Below, one piece after another: positions 47,723 to 58,233 of a stretch of 64,000 nt of DNA. The stretch is from Myxococcota bacterium (lineage in GTDB: Bacteria; Myxococcota_A; UBA9160; JAFDDA01), in contig OZ245817.1 of NCBI GenBank assembly GCA_965228475.1, positions 2,912,001 to 2,976,000 of the forward strand, given 5' to 3'. A program made the translations under genes and the position numbers. Position 1 is the first letter of the stretch. The number at the start of each line of letters is the position of its first letter. The notes below the pieces were generated by a model. That model did not search any database. It saw only the letters and a program-made list of their open reading frames with translations, and was not told where the DNA came from.

Positions 47723-49240
47723 ATGCGGAGCGGGCGCCCGAGAATCGAGCCGGCCGTATTCTTCTCGTCCGCCGCGGTCGTCGTGCTGGTCCTCGGCTTC
47801 GGCGTCGCCGCCCCGGACCTGGCGAAGGCACTCTTCCTCGGCTTGCAGGACGTCGTCGTCTCCCGCCTGGACTGGCTCTTCATCGCGTCGAGCGCGCTGT
47901 TCCTGGCGTTCTCGGCCCTCGTCGCCTGCGCCCCCACCGGAAGGATCCGGCTCGGCCGGGACGACGAGGCCCCGGCCTACGGCTTCGCCTCGTGGTTCGC
48001 GATGCTCTTCAGCGCCGGGATGGGCATCGGCATCATGTTCTACGGCGTCGCCGAGCCCGTCTTGCACTACGCCTCGCCGCCGCGAGGGGACGGCGGAACC
48101 CCCGAAGCCGCCCGCCTGGCGATGACGATCACGTTCTTCCACTGGGGCCTCCACGCCTGGTCGATCTACGTAGTGATGGGCCTCGCCATCGCGTACTTCG
48201 CCCACCGCCGGGGCCTCCCCATGGCCGTGCGCTCGACGCTCGAGCCCCTCCTCGGAGAGCGGATCCACGGCCCGTGGGGCCACGCGGTGGACACGCTCGC
48301 AGTCTTCGGGACGCTCTTCGGCCTCGCGACCTCCCTCGGCCTCGGCTCGATGCAGATCAATGCCGGGCTGGACCGCCTCTTCGACACCGGCGAATCCACC
48401 GCGATCCAGGTCGGACTGATCGCCCTCATCACCGCGTGCGCGACCGCGTCCGTCGTCCTCGGGCTCGACCGTGGAATCCGCCGGCTGTCCGAGCTCAACG
48501 TCTCGCTCGCCATCCTCCTGCTGCTCTTCGTACTGATCGCGGGGCCGACGGGCCGCCTGCTCGAGGCCTACCCGGACCGGCTCTTCGACTACGGCGCCCA
48601 GCTCCTCCCGCTGGCGCTGAGCCTCGATCCGCTCGGCGATCTCGAGTGGAGCAAGTCCTGGACGATCTTCTACTGGGCCTGGTGGATCGCCTGGTCGCCC
48701 TTCGTGGGCACTTTCGTCGCGCGCATCTCACGCGGGCGCACGGTCCGCGAGTTCGTCTTCGGGGTCCTGCTCGTGCCGACTTTGGTGAGCGCGTTCTGGT
48801 TCACCGTGTTCGGGTGGACGGCCATTGCGCTCGACCAGGCCGAGCCCGGGATCGCGGCCGCGGTCCAGGCCAACGTGGCGACCGGGATCTATGCCGTCCT
48901 CGAGAGGCTCCCCCTGGCCGGCGCGACGTCGCTGCTGGCGGCCGGCATCGTCGCGATCTTCTTCGTCACGTCCTCGGACTCGGGCTCTTTCGTCGTCGAC
49001 ATGCTGACCTCGGGCGGACACCCGAGCCCGCCCGTCTGGCAGCGCGTCTTCTGGGCCGTCGGCGAAGGCATCATCGCTGCCGTGCTACTGCTGTCGGGCG
49101 GCCTCGCCGCGCTCCAGTCCGCCGCGATCAACACGGGACTCCCCTTCTGCATCGTCCTTCTTCTCGTCTGCCTGGGACTCGGCCGTGCGCTGTGGAGGGA
49201 GGCGCGCTCGCCTCGGCCCCCCGCGAGAGAAACGCCCTAG
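47723..49240 (+). CDS. BCCT family betaine/choline/carnitine transporter
   Basis: WFAMLFSAGMGIG, FHWGLHAW, WTIFYWAWWIAWSPFVG, TSSDS. Confidence 0.95.
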   Translation: MRSGRPRIEPAVFFSSAAVVVLVLGFGVAAPDLAKALFLGLQDVVVSRLDWLFIASSALFLAFSALVACAPTGRIRLGRDDEAPAYGFASWFAMLFSAGMGIGIMFYGVAEPVLHYASPPRGDGGTPEAARLAMTITFFHWGLHAWSIYVVMGLAIAYFAHRRGLPMAVRSTLEPLLGERIHGPWGHAVDTLAVFGTLFGLATSLGLGSMQINAGLDRLFDTGESTAIQVGLIALITACATASVVLGLDRGIRRLSELNVSLAILLLLFVLIAGPTGRLLEAYPDRLFDYGAQLLPLALSLDPLGDLEWSKSWTIFYWAWWIAWSPFVGTFVARISRGRTVREFVFGVLLVPTLVSAFWFTVFGWTAIALDQAEPGIAAAVQANVATGIYAVLERLPLAGATSLLAAGIVAIFFVTSSDSGSFVVDMLTSGGHPSPPVWQRVFWAVGEGIIAAVLLLSGGLAALQSAAINTGLPFCIVLLLVCLGLGRALWREARSPRPPARETP

Positions 49241-49701
49241 TCGAGGCGGAACCGGAGCTCGAGGGTGATCCAGGACGCAACCGGGCGCCCCCCGCGTCGG
49301 GCCGGCTCGAAGCGCGCCTGGCGAAGCGAATCCCGCACCGCGGCCGTGAAGGCGTCGTCGCTGCTCGATTGGAGCTCCGCCCCGCCGACGGAGCCGTCGG
49401 CCAGGACGATCACGCGGGCCTCGACCTCCCCTTCCCGGCCCATGGCCCGAAGCTCCGGCGGATAGGCTGGCTCGATGGGCGCCAGGGGCCGCGCGGGCAG
49501 ATCCACCTCGTCCTCGGTGAAGTAGCGCGGGCCCGCGTCCTCCTGGACGTCGGATGGACCGGATGCAGCGGGGACGGTGGTGACCGGCGCCGGAGGCGGA
49601 GGCGAAGGCGCGCAACCCGAGACCGCCACGCAGAGGACGGCAAGCGCCCGTGCCGCTTGCCATTGCCCTCTAGAACGCGACGCGCACCCAGCCTCGAACA
49701 T
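49237..49701 (-). CDS. Short TonB C-terminal domain lipoprotein
   Basis: VSGC lipobox, Pro-rich linker, PAYPPE...EGEV...FEPARRGGRPV; start uncertain. Confidence 0.75.
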   Translation of the reverse strand: MFEAGCASRSRGQWQAARALAVLCVAVSGCAPSPPPPAPVTTVPAASGPSDVQEDAGPRYFTEDEVDLPARPLAPIEPAYPPELRAMGREGEVEARVIVLADGSVGGAELQSSSDDAFTAAVRDSLRQARFEPARRGGRPVASWITLELRFRLD

Positions 49702-51778
49702 TGCGACCGTTCCCCGGCGTGAAGTGGAAGTCCTCGAAGCCCGCCCCGCCCCCGGCCGCGGGACACGCTGCCACCCGGCCGACCTCGCCCGGCGCGCAGG
49801 ACTCGTAGAAGAACTCCGAGCTCCGCCAGTCCGTATCCGTCAGGTTCTCGAGCGCCAGGCCCAACTCGAAGGGGCCGTATCGATAGCGCATGCCGAGGTC
49901 GAGCACCGTGTAGTCCGAGAGCCGCGGGCTGCGGGAGGCATCGCTGGCGTAGCGCTCGCCCAGGTGGCGCACGGAGAGCTCCGCCGCGAAGCCGCCCTCG
50001 CGCACGCCGAGGGCGCCCTTGGCGACGAAGCGCGGGGACTGGGGCACCGGATCGTCGCCGGAGGTGGAGCGCGCCGAGGTGTAGGCCACGTCCCCGCGCA
50101 GGTAGAGCCATTCCGTCAGGTCGGCCTGGGCGACGAACTCGATGCCGAGGCGCTTGGTCTTCCCGCCCGACTCGGTCGTGCCCTCGTCGCCCACGAAGAC
50201 GAGCTCGTCCTCGAGCTCGAGCCAGAAGCCGTCGATGGCCACCTCGAGCCGCTCGAAGAAGCGCGTGCGCAGCCCGACCTCGGCGCCCGTGGCCCGGGCG
50301 AGGATCTGCCGATCGGCCACGACGGTCCGCGCGTCGTTCGAGTGGAAGCCCTTGCCGAAGTTCAGGAAGAGCTCGAGACCGCGCAGCCAGGAGGCCTCGA
50401 CCGGAACCGGCCCCGAGGCCGAGAACGGCGAGAGGACGAGGTTCGCCTTGGGAAGCCATAGGTGGTCGTCGCCGTCTCCATCGGGCCCACCCGGGATGCG
50501 GTTGTGGACGTCGTAGTCGAAGTACGCCACGCGAAGCCCGCCCACGAAGCGGACCCACGGGAGCGGCAGCAGCTCGGCTTCCAGGTACGGGCCGATCGAG
50601 AGCTCCTCCACGTCGTCGTCGTTCGTGAACCCGGTCGTCCGCCGGCGCGTCTGGGTGCCCAGGCGCACGCGGGCGTCGTCGTAGCGCCACTCGGCCCCCG
50701 CGCGCAGCCGCGTCGGGAGGGACACGTCGAGAACGTGTTCGTACTCGACCCGCCCGCCGGCGTAGAGGCGATCGTCTCGCTGGACGATGCCGTCGCCACG
50801 GGCCGGGTCGTTCAACGCGTAGGTGAAGTTCGAGAAGAGCTCGAGCTCGTAGTCCGCCACGTAGACGTTCGCCACGAGGTGGCCGCGCTCGCTCGGCTGC
50901 CAGTCGAGCTGGAGCTTGCCCTGGAGGCGATGCGTGTCGCCACCCTCGGTCGGGTCGAGCGAACCGAAGCGGGAGAGGCGCCCGTCGTCGACCAGGCGCT
51001 CCGGGATGAGCCCCGAAGCGTCCCAATCCGCCATGTAGCCGAGGACGTGGCCCGAGAGCCGAAGGCCCGGGCGCAGGTCCACCCCGCCGCGGGCGAAGAG
51101 CGAGTAGCGCCAGAGGTCCTCGTCGTCCCGGAAGGGACCGTCCGTGTGGTAGGCCTCGAAGGAGACCAGGGCGTCGGCGCGCGGATCTTCGCCCGCGAAG
51201 GGCCCGAAGCGCGGCGAGGCCACGGCCACGGCGCGCCAGGTATCGAACTCGCCCGCCTCGACCCGCACGAGCGATTCCTCCACCGATTCGTAGGGGACGT
51301 ACTCGATGGCCGCCGCCGTCGCGAAGTCGCCGAAGCGGGCAAAGTACGGCCCCTTGTATGCGTCGAGGCGCTCGATCGCCTCCTTCGTCACGAAGTGGAG
51401 GTCGAGGAAGCCCTGGCCGTGGGCGTGACTGCGCAGGTTGATGGGCACGCCGTCGAAGTAGACCGCGAGGTCCGTGCCGTGATCCGCGTCGAACCCGCGG
51501 ATGAAGTACTGCTCGGCCTTTCCGCCGCCCGTGTGCTGGGCGGTGATCGCGTTGGGCACGGCCTCGATCATCTGCCCGCCGCTCTCGAGCGGGCGAAGCT
51601 CGAAGTCCTCGGCGGGCACCGTGAGCGTCGAGGACGCGGTCACGGGTTTGCGCTCGGTCACGGTGAACTGATAGGTGGAGCCGCCCGGATCCGGTGCGGT
51701 TGGATCGGCGGCATGGGCGCAGGGCACCCACAGTGTGAGAATGCAGCACAGGATCCACGCGCGACGTCCGAATTCCAT
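49670..51778 (-). CDS. TonB-dependent receptor (HAHGQG plug family, probably metal uptake)
   Basis: Signal peptide; QHTGGGKAEQYFIRGFDADHGTD; SHAHGQG; LENLTD; terminal Phe. Confidence 0.9.
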   Translation of the reverse strand: MEFGRRAWILCCILTLWVPCAHAADPTAPDPGGSTYQFTVTERKPVTASSTLTVPAEDFELRPLESGGQMIEAVPNAITAQHTGGGKAEQYFIRGFDADHGTDLAVYFDGVPINLRSHAHGQGFLDLHFVTKEAIERLDAYKGPYFARFGDFATAAAIEYVPYESVEESLVRVEAGEFDTWRAVAVASPRFGPFAGEDPRADALVSFEAYHTDGPFRDDEDLWRYSLFARGGVDLRPGLRLSGHVLGYMADWDASGLIPERLVDDGRLSRFGSLDPTEGGDTHRLQGKLQLDWQPSERGHLVANVYVADYELELFSNFTYALNDPARGDGIVQRDDRLYAGGRVEYEHVLDVSLPTRLRAGAEWRYDDARVRLGTQTRRRTTGFTNDDDVEELSIGPYLEAELLPLPWVRFVGGLRVAYFDYDVHNRIPGGPDGDGDDHLWLPKANLVLSPFSASGPVPVEASWLRGLELFLNFGKGFHSNDARTVVADRQILARATGAEVGLRTRFFERLEVAIDGFWLELEDELVFVGDEGTTESGGKTKRLGIEFVAQADLTEWLYLRGDVAYTSARSTSGDDPVPQSPRFVAKGALGVREGGFAAELSVRHLGERYASDASRSPRLSDYTVLDLGMRYRYGPFELGLALENLTDTDWRSSEFFYESCAPGEVGRVAACPAAGGGAGFEDFHFTPGNGRNVRGWVRVAF

Positions 51779-51853
51779 GGAGTCGCACCCTACGGCCTCG
51801 GCACAAGACCGACCATGGATCGGTTTTCCGGTTCCTCAGTGCGCTCCGAGCCC

Positions 51854-52858
51854 TCAGTGGACTCCCAGAAGCAGCCCGAGGGCGTGCTCCGTGGCGTGGT
51901 GAAGGGGCTCCGCCAGGAGGATGCAGACCCCGAGCACGCCGCATGCCACCCACCCCGCCGCGGGCCGCCGATCGGCGACGGGCTCGGCGAGCAGACCGCG
52001 TACGCGGGCCGGGACCGAGCTTCCCCCGAAGGCCAGCAGCGGGCTCCCGAGCAACGAGTTCCGGCGAGGCGCCGAGGCGACGAGACGTTCCGCAGCGAGA
52101 ATCGCCTCGGCCACGACGAGGCGGTCTCCGACCTCCTGCCCGGCCTGCTCATCGCAGGCCCGCTCCATCGAGAGCTCCAGCTCGGCCAGGATCGATCGGC
52201 GGACCCAGGGGAGATGGGGCCAGGAGAGCACGCGCGCGGCGAGGGTCTTCAAGCCGTCCCGGCTTCGCACGTGAGCCCGCTCATGTGAGACGACCGCCGT
52301 GAGATGCGTGGGCGCCAGCGCCTCGGCCAGAGCGGTCGAGAGGAAGATCCCGCTCCGCCCGAGGCCGGCCGTCAGCGAGAAGGCCCGGTCCGATTCGACG
52401 AGGTAGACGCCCGGCTCCGTGCACCGTGACGCTGCGCTGCGAAGCCGCGCCAGCGATCGGCGCCCGCTTGCCACGCGAACGACGATCTGGACGAGCGCCG
52501 CACCCAGCAGCGTGGCCGCGAAGGCCGCGACCCCCTGCAACACCACCGCCGTCGGGAGCATCGCGGAGGGGTGGACGAGGCAGAGATGGGGGTGGGACGG
52601 ATGTTCGAGACAGTGATCCCCGTGGAGCCCGAGCCAGACCAGGACGCCCGGAGCCAGGCACAGCCCGACCCCGACGAGAGGTGCGATGGCCGGAGCGACC
52701 GCCGCCCCGAACGCAAAGCGAGCCCGCGCGGCCGGGTGCCGGCGGCTGGCTCCTCGTTGCAAGAGCGGCCAGAAGGCCCCCACCAGGAGGGACGTCCCCG
52801 CCGCGAAGGCGATCGCGGCCGCGGCGGACAGCGCCAGGGTCCCGAACACGGCACTCAC
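51854..52858 (-). CDS. M56 (BlaR1-like) membrane metallopeptidase with His/Cys-rich loop
   Basis: HERAH, ERACDE; HGDHCLEHPSHPHLCLVH; C-terminal LHHATEH. Confidence 0.85.
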   Translation of the reverse strand: MSAVFGTLALSAAAAIAFAAGTSLLVGAFWPLLQRGASRRHPAARARFAFGAAVAPAIAPLVGVGLCLAPGVLVWLGLHGDHCLEHPSHPHLCLVHPSAMLPTAVVLQGVAAFAATLLGAALVQIVVRVASGRRSLARLRSAASRCTEPGVYLVESDRAFSLTAGLGRSGIFLSTALAEALAPTHLTAVVSHERAHVRSRDGLKTLAARVLSWPHLPWVRRSILAELELSMERACDEQAGQEVGDRLVVAEAILAAERLVASAPRRNSLLGSPLLAFGGSSVPARVRGLLAEPVADRRPAAGWVACGVLGVCILLAEPLHHATEHALGLLLGVH

Positions 52859-53259
52859 GAAGGGTCCTCCTCCCGGCGGGTGCGACGGGCCTGGACGAGC
52901 CGCTCCAGTTCCTCGAGCTGCTCGGTGCCGGCGCGCTCGGCCAGGTCGACGAAGGCCGAGAGCAGCAGGTCCGGCGCGCGCTGCGGAACGTCCCCCAGGA
53001 CCGCCTCGAGCGTGCGGAACACCCACTCCTGCTGCGAGACCCGCGCCCGGTAGACGTAGGCCCGGCCCACCTTCTCCCGCTCGGCCAGCCCCTTGCGATG
53101 GAGGCGGTCGAGCGTCGATTGGATCGTGTTCGGCTGGACCCCGCGCAGCTCGCCGACGGCGCGCTGCATGGCCTTCACGTCGGCCGGCCCGTGCGACCAG
53201 AGGCGGCCGAGGACGGCACGCTCCAGATCTCCGAGCTGCGGCAACCCGCGACGACGCAT
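52855..53259 (-). CDS. BlaI/MecI/CopY family repressor
   Basis: LGDLERAVLGRLW...NTIQSTLDRLHRKG...GRAYVY. Confidence 0.92.
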   Translation of the reverse strand: MRRRGLPQLGDLERAVLGRLWSHGPADVKAMQRAVGELRGVQPNTIQSTLDRLHRKGLAEREKVGRAYVYRARVSQQEWVFRTLEAVLGDVPQRAPDLLLSAFVDLAERAGTEQLEELERLVQARRTRREEDPS

Positions 53260-53387
53260 GTTCGGCCCCCACCCTTCGAGACGGCCCGAGAGTAACCGGC
53301 ACGCCCCCGGAAGGGCCACCGCATCGTAAAATGGGGCGGAGGCTCCCATCCAGGCACTCACCCACTCCGGAGAGAAAGGCCACCGAC

Positions 53388-54151
53388 ATGTCCGACCCGC
53401 AAGACGCCGCAGGCGAGAAGCCGACCCTGCACCCCGAGTTCGTGAAGAACCTGGTGCGCACCTTCGACGATCCGGACGAGCACGGCGTCCATCTGCTCTT
53501 CAACGAGTGGTGGCCCTTTGCACCGGACGCGACGATCGAGCGCTACCTCGAGAACGTCCGCGCGGCGCCCGGCGCAGGCCGCTTTCTCTCCGAGCGCTAC
53601 TTCGCCCCCCAACGACGCTCGAAGACCTCGCCGCGATGCCGGACGGGTCGCTCGGCCGCGACTACCACGCCTTCCTCACCGAGAACGGCCTCGAGAAGAA
53701 CCTCGCCACCGACTACAAGAGGCTCCACGACTTCATGGCCCGCTCGGGCCAGCTCGATCGCATGCCCGAGGATCTCAAGTACGCGATCATCCGTGGCTTC
53801 CAGATCCACGACATCCTGCACGTCATCACGGGCTACACGCCGAGCCGGCTCCACGAGCTCGGCCTCCAGGCCTTCTGCCTCGCCCAGCTCCAGTTTCCGT
53901 ACTTCGGGATGTGGATGGCGACGACCACCTCCCGCATGACCTTCCTCCAACCGGACGCCATCGTCCCCGTGATGGACGCGATCAGCGGGGGCTGGCAGCT
54001 CGGCCGGCACGTCGAGAACCTGCAGTTCGAGCGCTGGGAGGCGATGTTCGCGGAACCGCTCTCCGACGTCCGGCTCCGGTATGGCATTCCGCCGGAAGGG
54101 CTCGAGCTCTCGCGGAGCCGCGGGGAAGCAGGCCGGCAAAGCGCGGGATAA
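53388..54151 (+). pseudogene. Coq4-like protein gene with a frameshift in a C6 run (53605-53610)
   Basis: The first frame reads ...FLSERYFAP; the continuation TTLEDLAAMPDGSLG...IHDILHVITGY is in another frame. Confidence 0.75.
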
Positions 54152-54273
54152 CCCGCCGTCGCCATGGAAAAAAGGCGAGAGGAGTCGCCCGAGCGAGGCC
54201 CCCGTTCGGGCAAGTTTCTGCGCAACCTTCGGCCAGTCCGCGTATACCTACCGGGTGGAGGACGGAGGTGCCG

Positions 54274-54996
54274 ATGGCGCGTCGGGGCGCTGGCCGAGAC
54301 CGAGACCGTCCGATGCTGCGGACGTTGCTGTGGTGGGTCGCTCTCGCGTCGATCCTCGCCCCGGCCGGGGCTCAGGCCGAGCCCGTCGACCTCGCCAACG
54401 CGACACCGCGCTGGGTGTGGGTTCGCTTCGAGATCTCGCCGCCCGAGCTGCCCGGCCAGACCGACGCCCAGTACACGAGCCCCCAGGCAGCTTGGTTCGA
54501 GCCCAGCGACGACGGCGCCGAGGTCCGCATGACCGTCTCGGGCTCGACGGTCGAGTCGGATCTCCTCGCGCACCAGGACCCCGTGGCCGGAAGCTTCAGC
54601 GACTTCCGATGGTCGATCGACCCGCGCACCGGCCACGTGCTCTCGGCCACGCTCGAGGGCGAGGTCGTGCGGCATCTCGATTTCGGCGTCGCCAAGGCCA
54701 AGGTTCCCGCGAAGGTCCGGTTCGAGATGAGCACGCTGCGCGCGGCCGGCTTCCGGTCGACACGCCGCATCCTCGGCGAGACCGTGAACCGCTACTGCAC
54801 CCCGCCCGGCGCGCGCAGCTGCACCGCGGTCGAGCCGCGCCAGTACGACCCGGAGACCGGCTACGTGAACGCCGTCGGCTCGGTGCAGGTCGACTCGCGC
54901 ATCATGCGCCTCAAGACCTTCTCGACCCTCGGCGAGGCGCGCCTCAGCGAGATGGATCCGAGCGAAGCCGGCCCCACCCTGGCGGCGGCGCCCTGA
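54274..54996 (+). CDS. Hypothetical secreted protein
   Basis: GGAGG RBS; signal peptide ending AQA; alternative start 54313. Confidence 0.65.
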   Translation: MARRGAGRDRDRPMLRTLLWWVALASILAPAGAQAEPVDLANATPRWVWVRFEISPPELPGQTDAQYTSPQAAWFEPSDDGAEVRMTVSGSTVESDLLAHQDPVAGSFSDFRWSIDPRTGHVLSATLEGEVVRHLDFGVAKAKVPAKVRFEMSTLRAAGFRSTRRILGETVNRYCTPPGARSCTAVEPRQYDPETGYVNAVGSVQVDSRIMRLKTFSTLGEARLSEMDPSEAGPTLAAAP

Positions 54997-55092
54997 GCGC
55001 GGCGCGGCGCTAGAAGCGATCCTGCGAGCTTCCACCACCACGGCAAGCCCCGGCGCCGCCCGGCTCCGGCTACGACACGTCGACCGGCGGAT

Positions 55093-56193
55093 CTACGCTC
55101 GCGCTCCGGGCGCGAGCTGCGCGTAGCTCGCTTCCAGGACCTCGACGAACCGCGGCCACAGCTTCGCGATCCATGCCGGGTCGTCGTCTGCGAATGCGGC
55201 GCGCACCTGCCGCCGCACGTCCTCCGCCGCACTCCCATGGGGATCGCCGTGACTGTGCAGCCAAGCGTCCGCGCGCAGCGATTGCAGCACGGCCACGAGG
55301 TCGACGGTGCCGTACTCGAGCGCCGCGGACGTGACCTCGGTCCCCGCCATCCAGTGGTCGAAGCGTTCGAGCCAGTCCCCGTGGAGACGCGCAGAAACGC
55401 TCTCGCCATCCACCATGGAGCGGACGCCCTTCCACCACCGTGCCGCGCGCTGGTAGCCCGCGGACTCCATGGCGTGGTGGCTGATCATCTCGCCGTATCC
55501 CCAATCTCCGAGCCCGGTGTGCACATCGATCACCGCCACCCGCTCGAGCCCGGCCAGCTCGCGCTTCGTGATCTCGTGCATCCGGCGATGGGACCAGGTC
55601 GGCCCGGACCCGCCGTAGAACACGCCACCCGGGTGCGCGTACTGCCCCTGGCTGATGTGCGCCTGCATCTTCGCCGTGCCGGACTCGGCGGCGTAGTCGA
55701 GCAGCGCCTTCGTCGAGCTGCTTTGGGACGCCTCGCTCCAATCCGCCGGCACGAGCAGGTCGGCCAGCTCGTCGTAGCCGGGGTTCGGGACCGGCTCCCC
55801 CGACCAGTCGATGTAGTTGCGATTGAGATCGACGTTGTCCTCGTTCACGCGGCGCGTCCAGGCGAACCCGTAGGGGTTGTGGGCGTGGAGCCAGACGCTG
55901 CGAACACCCTGGGGCTGCGAGGCGGAGTGATTCAGGAGCCAATGGGTCTGCAACGGCGAGCCCGCGTACCCCTCCACGCCATGGGTGCCGCTCACGACGA
56001 AGACCGCGCGCGTCGCACTCGCCGGCCCGAGCGATGCCACGTCCATCGCGATCTCGCCGTCCGGCCCGGCCTCCGGGTGGACGACGCTGCGGACCGTGGC
56101 ACCGGCCGCCTCGCAGGCCGCAAGGAACTCACGTCGGGCGACTGCGTAGCTGCCGGGCAGCCCGGCCGGCGGGGACGAGGTGCGTGTGCTCAA
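55093..56193 (-). CDS. DUF2817 / M14-like zinc peptidase
   Basis: SGTHGVEG, NPYGF...RRVNEDNVDLNRN, IDVHTGLG, LEYGT. Confidence 0.85.
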   Translation of the reverse strand: MSTRTSSPPAGLPGSYAVARREFLAACEAAGATVRSVVHPEAGPDGEIAMDVASLGPASATRAVFVVSGTHGVEGYAGSPLQTHWLLNHSASQPQGVRSVWLHAHNPYGFAWTRRVNEDNVDLNRNYIDWSGEPVPNPGYDELADLLVPADWSEASQSSSTKALLDYAAESGTAKMQAHISQGQYAHPGGVFYGGSGPTWSHRRMHEITKRELAGLERVAVIDVHTGLGDWGYGEMISHHAMESAGYQRAARWWKGVRSMVDGESVSARLHGDWLERFDHWMAGTEVTSAALEYGTVDLVAVLQSLRADAWLHSHGDPHGSAAEDVRRQVRAAFADDDPAWIAKLWPRFVEVLEASYAQLAPGARA

Positions 56194-56443
56194 AGGAGCA
56201 TCCGTAGCAGTGGGCGCATCGGGCAGACAGGGTACAACGCGCCCGGCACCCTTTCTCCTAGCGAGCGCGGAGGCGGAGGAGGCCGAGCAGTCCGGGCGCC
56301 ACGAGCCACGCCAGCCGCGGCTCGGGAACCGCGGTGACCTCGAGGCTCGTCAGATTCCAGCGAGGCTCGTGCGGCGAAGTGATCCTCGGCGCCCTGGCGG
56401 CATGGGACGGGCGAAGCTGCCTTCAACCCGCTCTTGATCCACG

Positions 56444-56474
56444 GCCTAGAATCTTCTAGGCTCTTGATCAAGAG
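56444..56474. promoter_or_regulatory. Two adjacent palindromes before TetR
   Basis: GCCTAGAA-TC-TTCTAGGC (56444-56461) and CTCTTGATCAAGAG (56461-56474) directly before the ATG. Confidence 0.6.
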
Positions 56475-57050
56475 ATGCCTGCCAATCGACCCGACCGCAG
56501 CCGAGACGAGAAATCCGGCGAACTCCTGGAGATCGCCCAACAGCTCTTCCTCGAGCGTGGCTACGCCGGCACCACTCTGGCCGCGATCGCCACGAGAGGA
56601 GGGGTCTCGTCCAACGTCGTGCACTGGTACTTCGCGTCGAAGGACGAGCTGTTCGCAGCGGCCCTGGAAGCCCTGCAGGTCGCAGCGTTGAGCGCCCTGG
56701 GCGAGGACTTCGACGAGAGCGGGGCACCCGACGAGCCGAAGCGCCTCCAAGAACTATTGGTAGACCTGACACAACGAGCGGTAGCGGCGCACAGCCTCAT
56801 CAGCACCGTTCACGAACGTGCGAGCCACTCCGCTCCGATCGCCAGCCTCCATGAACGTGCGCACGAACGGTATGAGGCGTTCCTGCGCGGGCTTCTTTCG
56901 CGAAGCGGAGAGCGAGACGAGGACGTGGATCTCGTAGCTTCAGCTTTGCTGAGCGCGATCGAGGGCCTCGTCATGCACCAAGCGACGGAGGCGGAGAGTC
57001 GGCGAATGCTCTCGTTCCTGGTCAGCCGTCTGTGTCGTACCGAAGGATAG
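56475..57050 (+). CDS. TetR/AcrR family regulator
   Basis: LFLERGYAGTTLAAIA...VHWYFASKDEL. Confidence 0.92.
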   Translation: MPANRPDRSRDEKSGELLEIAQQLFLERGYAGTTLAAIATRGGVSSNVVHWYFASKDELFAAALEALQVAALSALGEDFDESGAPDEPKRLQELLVDLTQRAVAAHSLISTVHERASHSAPIASLHERAHERYEAFLRGLLSRSGERDEDVDLVASALLSAIEGLVMHQATEAESRRMLSFLVSRLCRTEG

Positions 57051-57063
57051 AGGGAGGGCAACA

Positions 57064-58233
57064 GTGACCCCCGGCTACATGGACATCCATCCGAACCCTG
57101 GGTTCAACTTCTTCATGAATCGACTGGCGTGGACGAACACTCCCGACGAGCTGCGAGAAGTCGGCGCACGCATCACGACGATGGAAGATTGGATCCGAGA
57201 AATGCTCAAGGCTGCAAAGACGGCCGAGGCCGAGGGCCGTTCACTCGAAGCCGCGAACTACTGGCGCGCCGCCGAGTTCTACATGGGCATCGAGGAACAG
57301 GGAAAAGCCGAAGCGTACGACCGGTTCCTCGAACTGCACGACAAGGCTCTTCCTGAGCTCGCGGCAAAGCGCACCACCGTTTCCTTCCGCGGTGGTGAAC
57401 TGCCCGTGATCGACCTCGCCCCCGAGGGCGAGGCTCGTGGCACGATCCTCGCGCACAGCGGGTTCGACGGGCTCGTCGAGGAGATGGTCACGGCTTTGGG
57501 CCCGCTCGTCGAAGCCCAGTATCGAGTGATCGCCTTCGAAGGTCCGGGACAGGGAGCGGCACTTCGCCACAGCGGTCTCCATATGGGGCACGACTGGGAG
57601 AAGCCCGTGGGTGCCGTTCTCGATCACTTCGACGTGCACGACTGCACGCTCATCGGTATGTCATTCGGCGGCTATCTGGCACCGCGTGCCAGCGCCTTCG
57701 AGCCCCGCATCAGCCGCGTCGTCGCTTGGGGGGCGATGTACGACTTCATCGAGTGTTTCGCGCGAGGCATGGGAAGAGCGAAGTTCGCCGCCCTCTCCGC
57801 CCTGCTCCGTGTGGGTGCAAGAAGACAGGTGAACTCTGCGATCGCCCGTGTGGGGCGCTCGAATCCTGTCGGAAAGTGGGCAGTGGGTCACGGGATGCAT
57901 GTGAGCGGTTCCGCGGACCCGTTCGAGTTCTTCCGGTGGCTCACCCACATGAATCTTCGAGATGTCAGTAGCCAGATTCACCAGGACGTACTGATCGTCA
58001 TGGGTACGGAAGACCACCTCGTCCCGTTCGAGCAGGTCCATGCGCAGACCCGGGCACTCACCAGCGCCCGGTCCATTTCCATCCGCATCGCGACCGCCGA
58101 GGAGCAAGGCGCCCAGCACTGCCAGATCGGAAATCCAGGACTCGTCGTCGACGAGATCCTCCGTTGGCTGGAGGGCTTGGAGCGTCGAGACGAGGCACTC
58201 ACTGCTGCAGGCCCCAAGCCCGGGACGCCGTAG
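57064..58233 (+). CDS. Alpha/beta hydrolase (FrsA / dihydroxypseudooxynicotine hydrolase-like)
   Basis: SGFDG, FEGPGQG, GMSFGGY, HCQIGN. Confidence 0.85.
   Translation: MTPGYMDIHPNPGFNFFMNRLAWTNTPDELREVGARITTMEDWIREMLKAAKTAEAEGRSLEAANYWRAAEFYMGIEEQGKAEAYDRFLELHDKALPELAAKRTTVSFRGGELPVIDLAPEGEARGTILAHSGFDGLVEEMVTALGPLVEAQYRVIAFEGPGQGAALRHSGLHMGHDWEKPVGAVLDHFDVHDCTLIGMSFGGYLAPRASAFEPRISRVVAWGAMYDFIECFARGMGRAKFAALSALLRVGARRQVNSAIARVGRSNPVGKWAVGHGMHVSGSADPFEFFRWLTHMNLRDVSSQIHQDVLIVMGTEDHLVPFEQVHAQTRALTSARSISIRIATAEEQGAQHCQIGNPGLVVDEILRWLEGLERRDEALTAAGPKPGTP

Noticed and set aside
49085..49663. ATG at 49663 as the TonB start
   Set aside because: Out of frame with the TonB domain; the frame starting at 49701 carries the lipobox.
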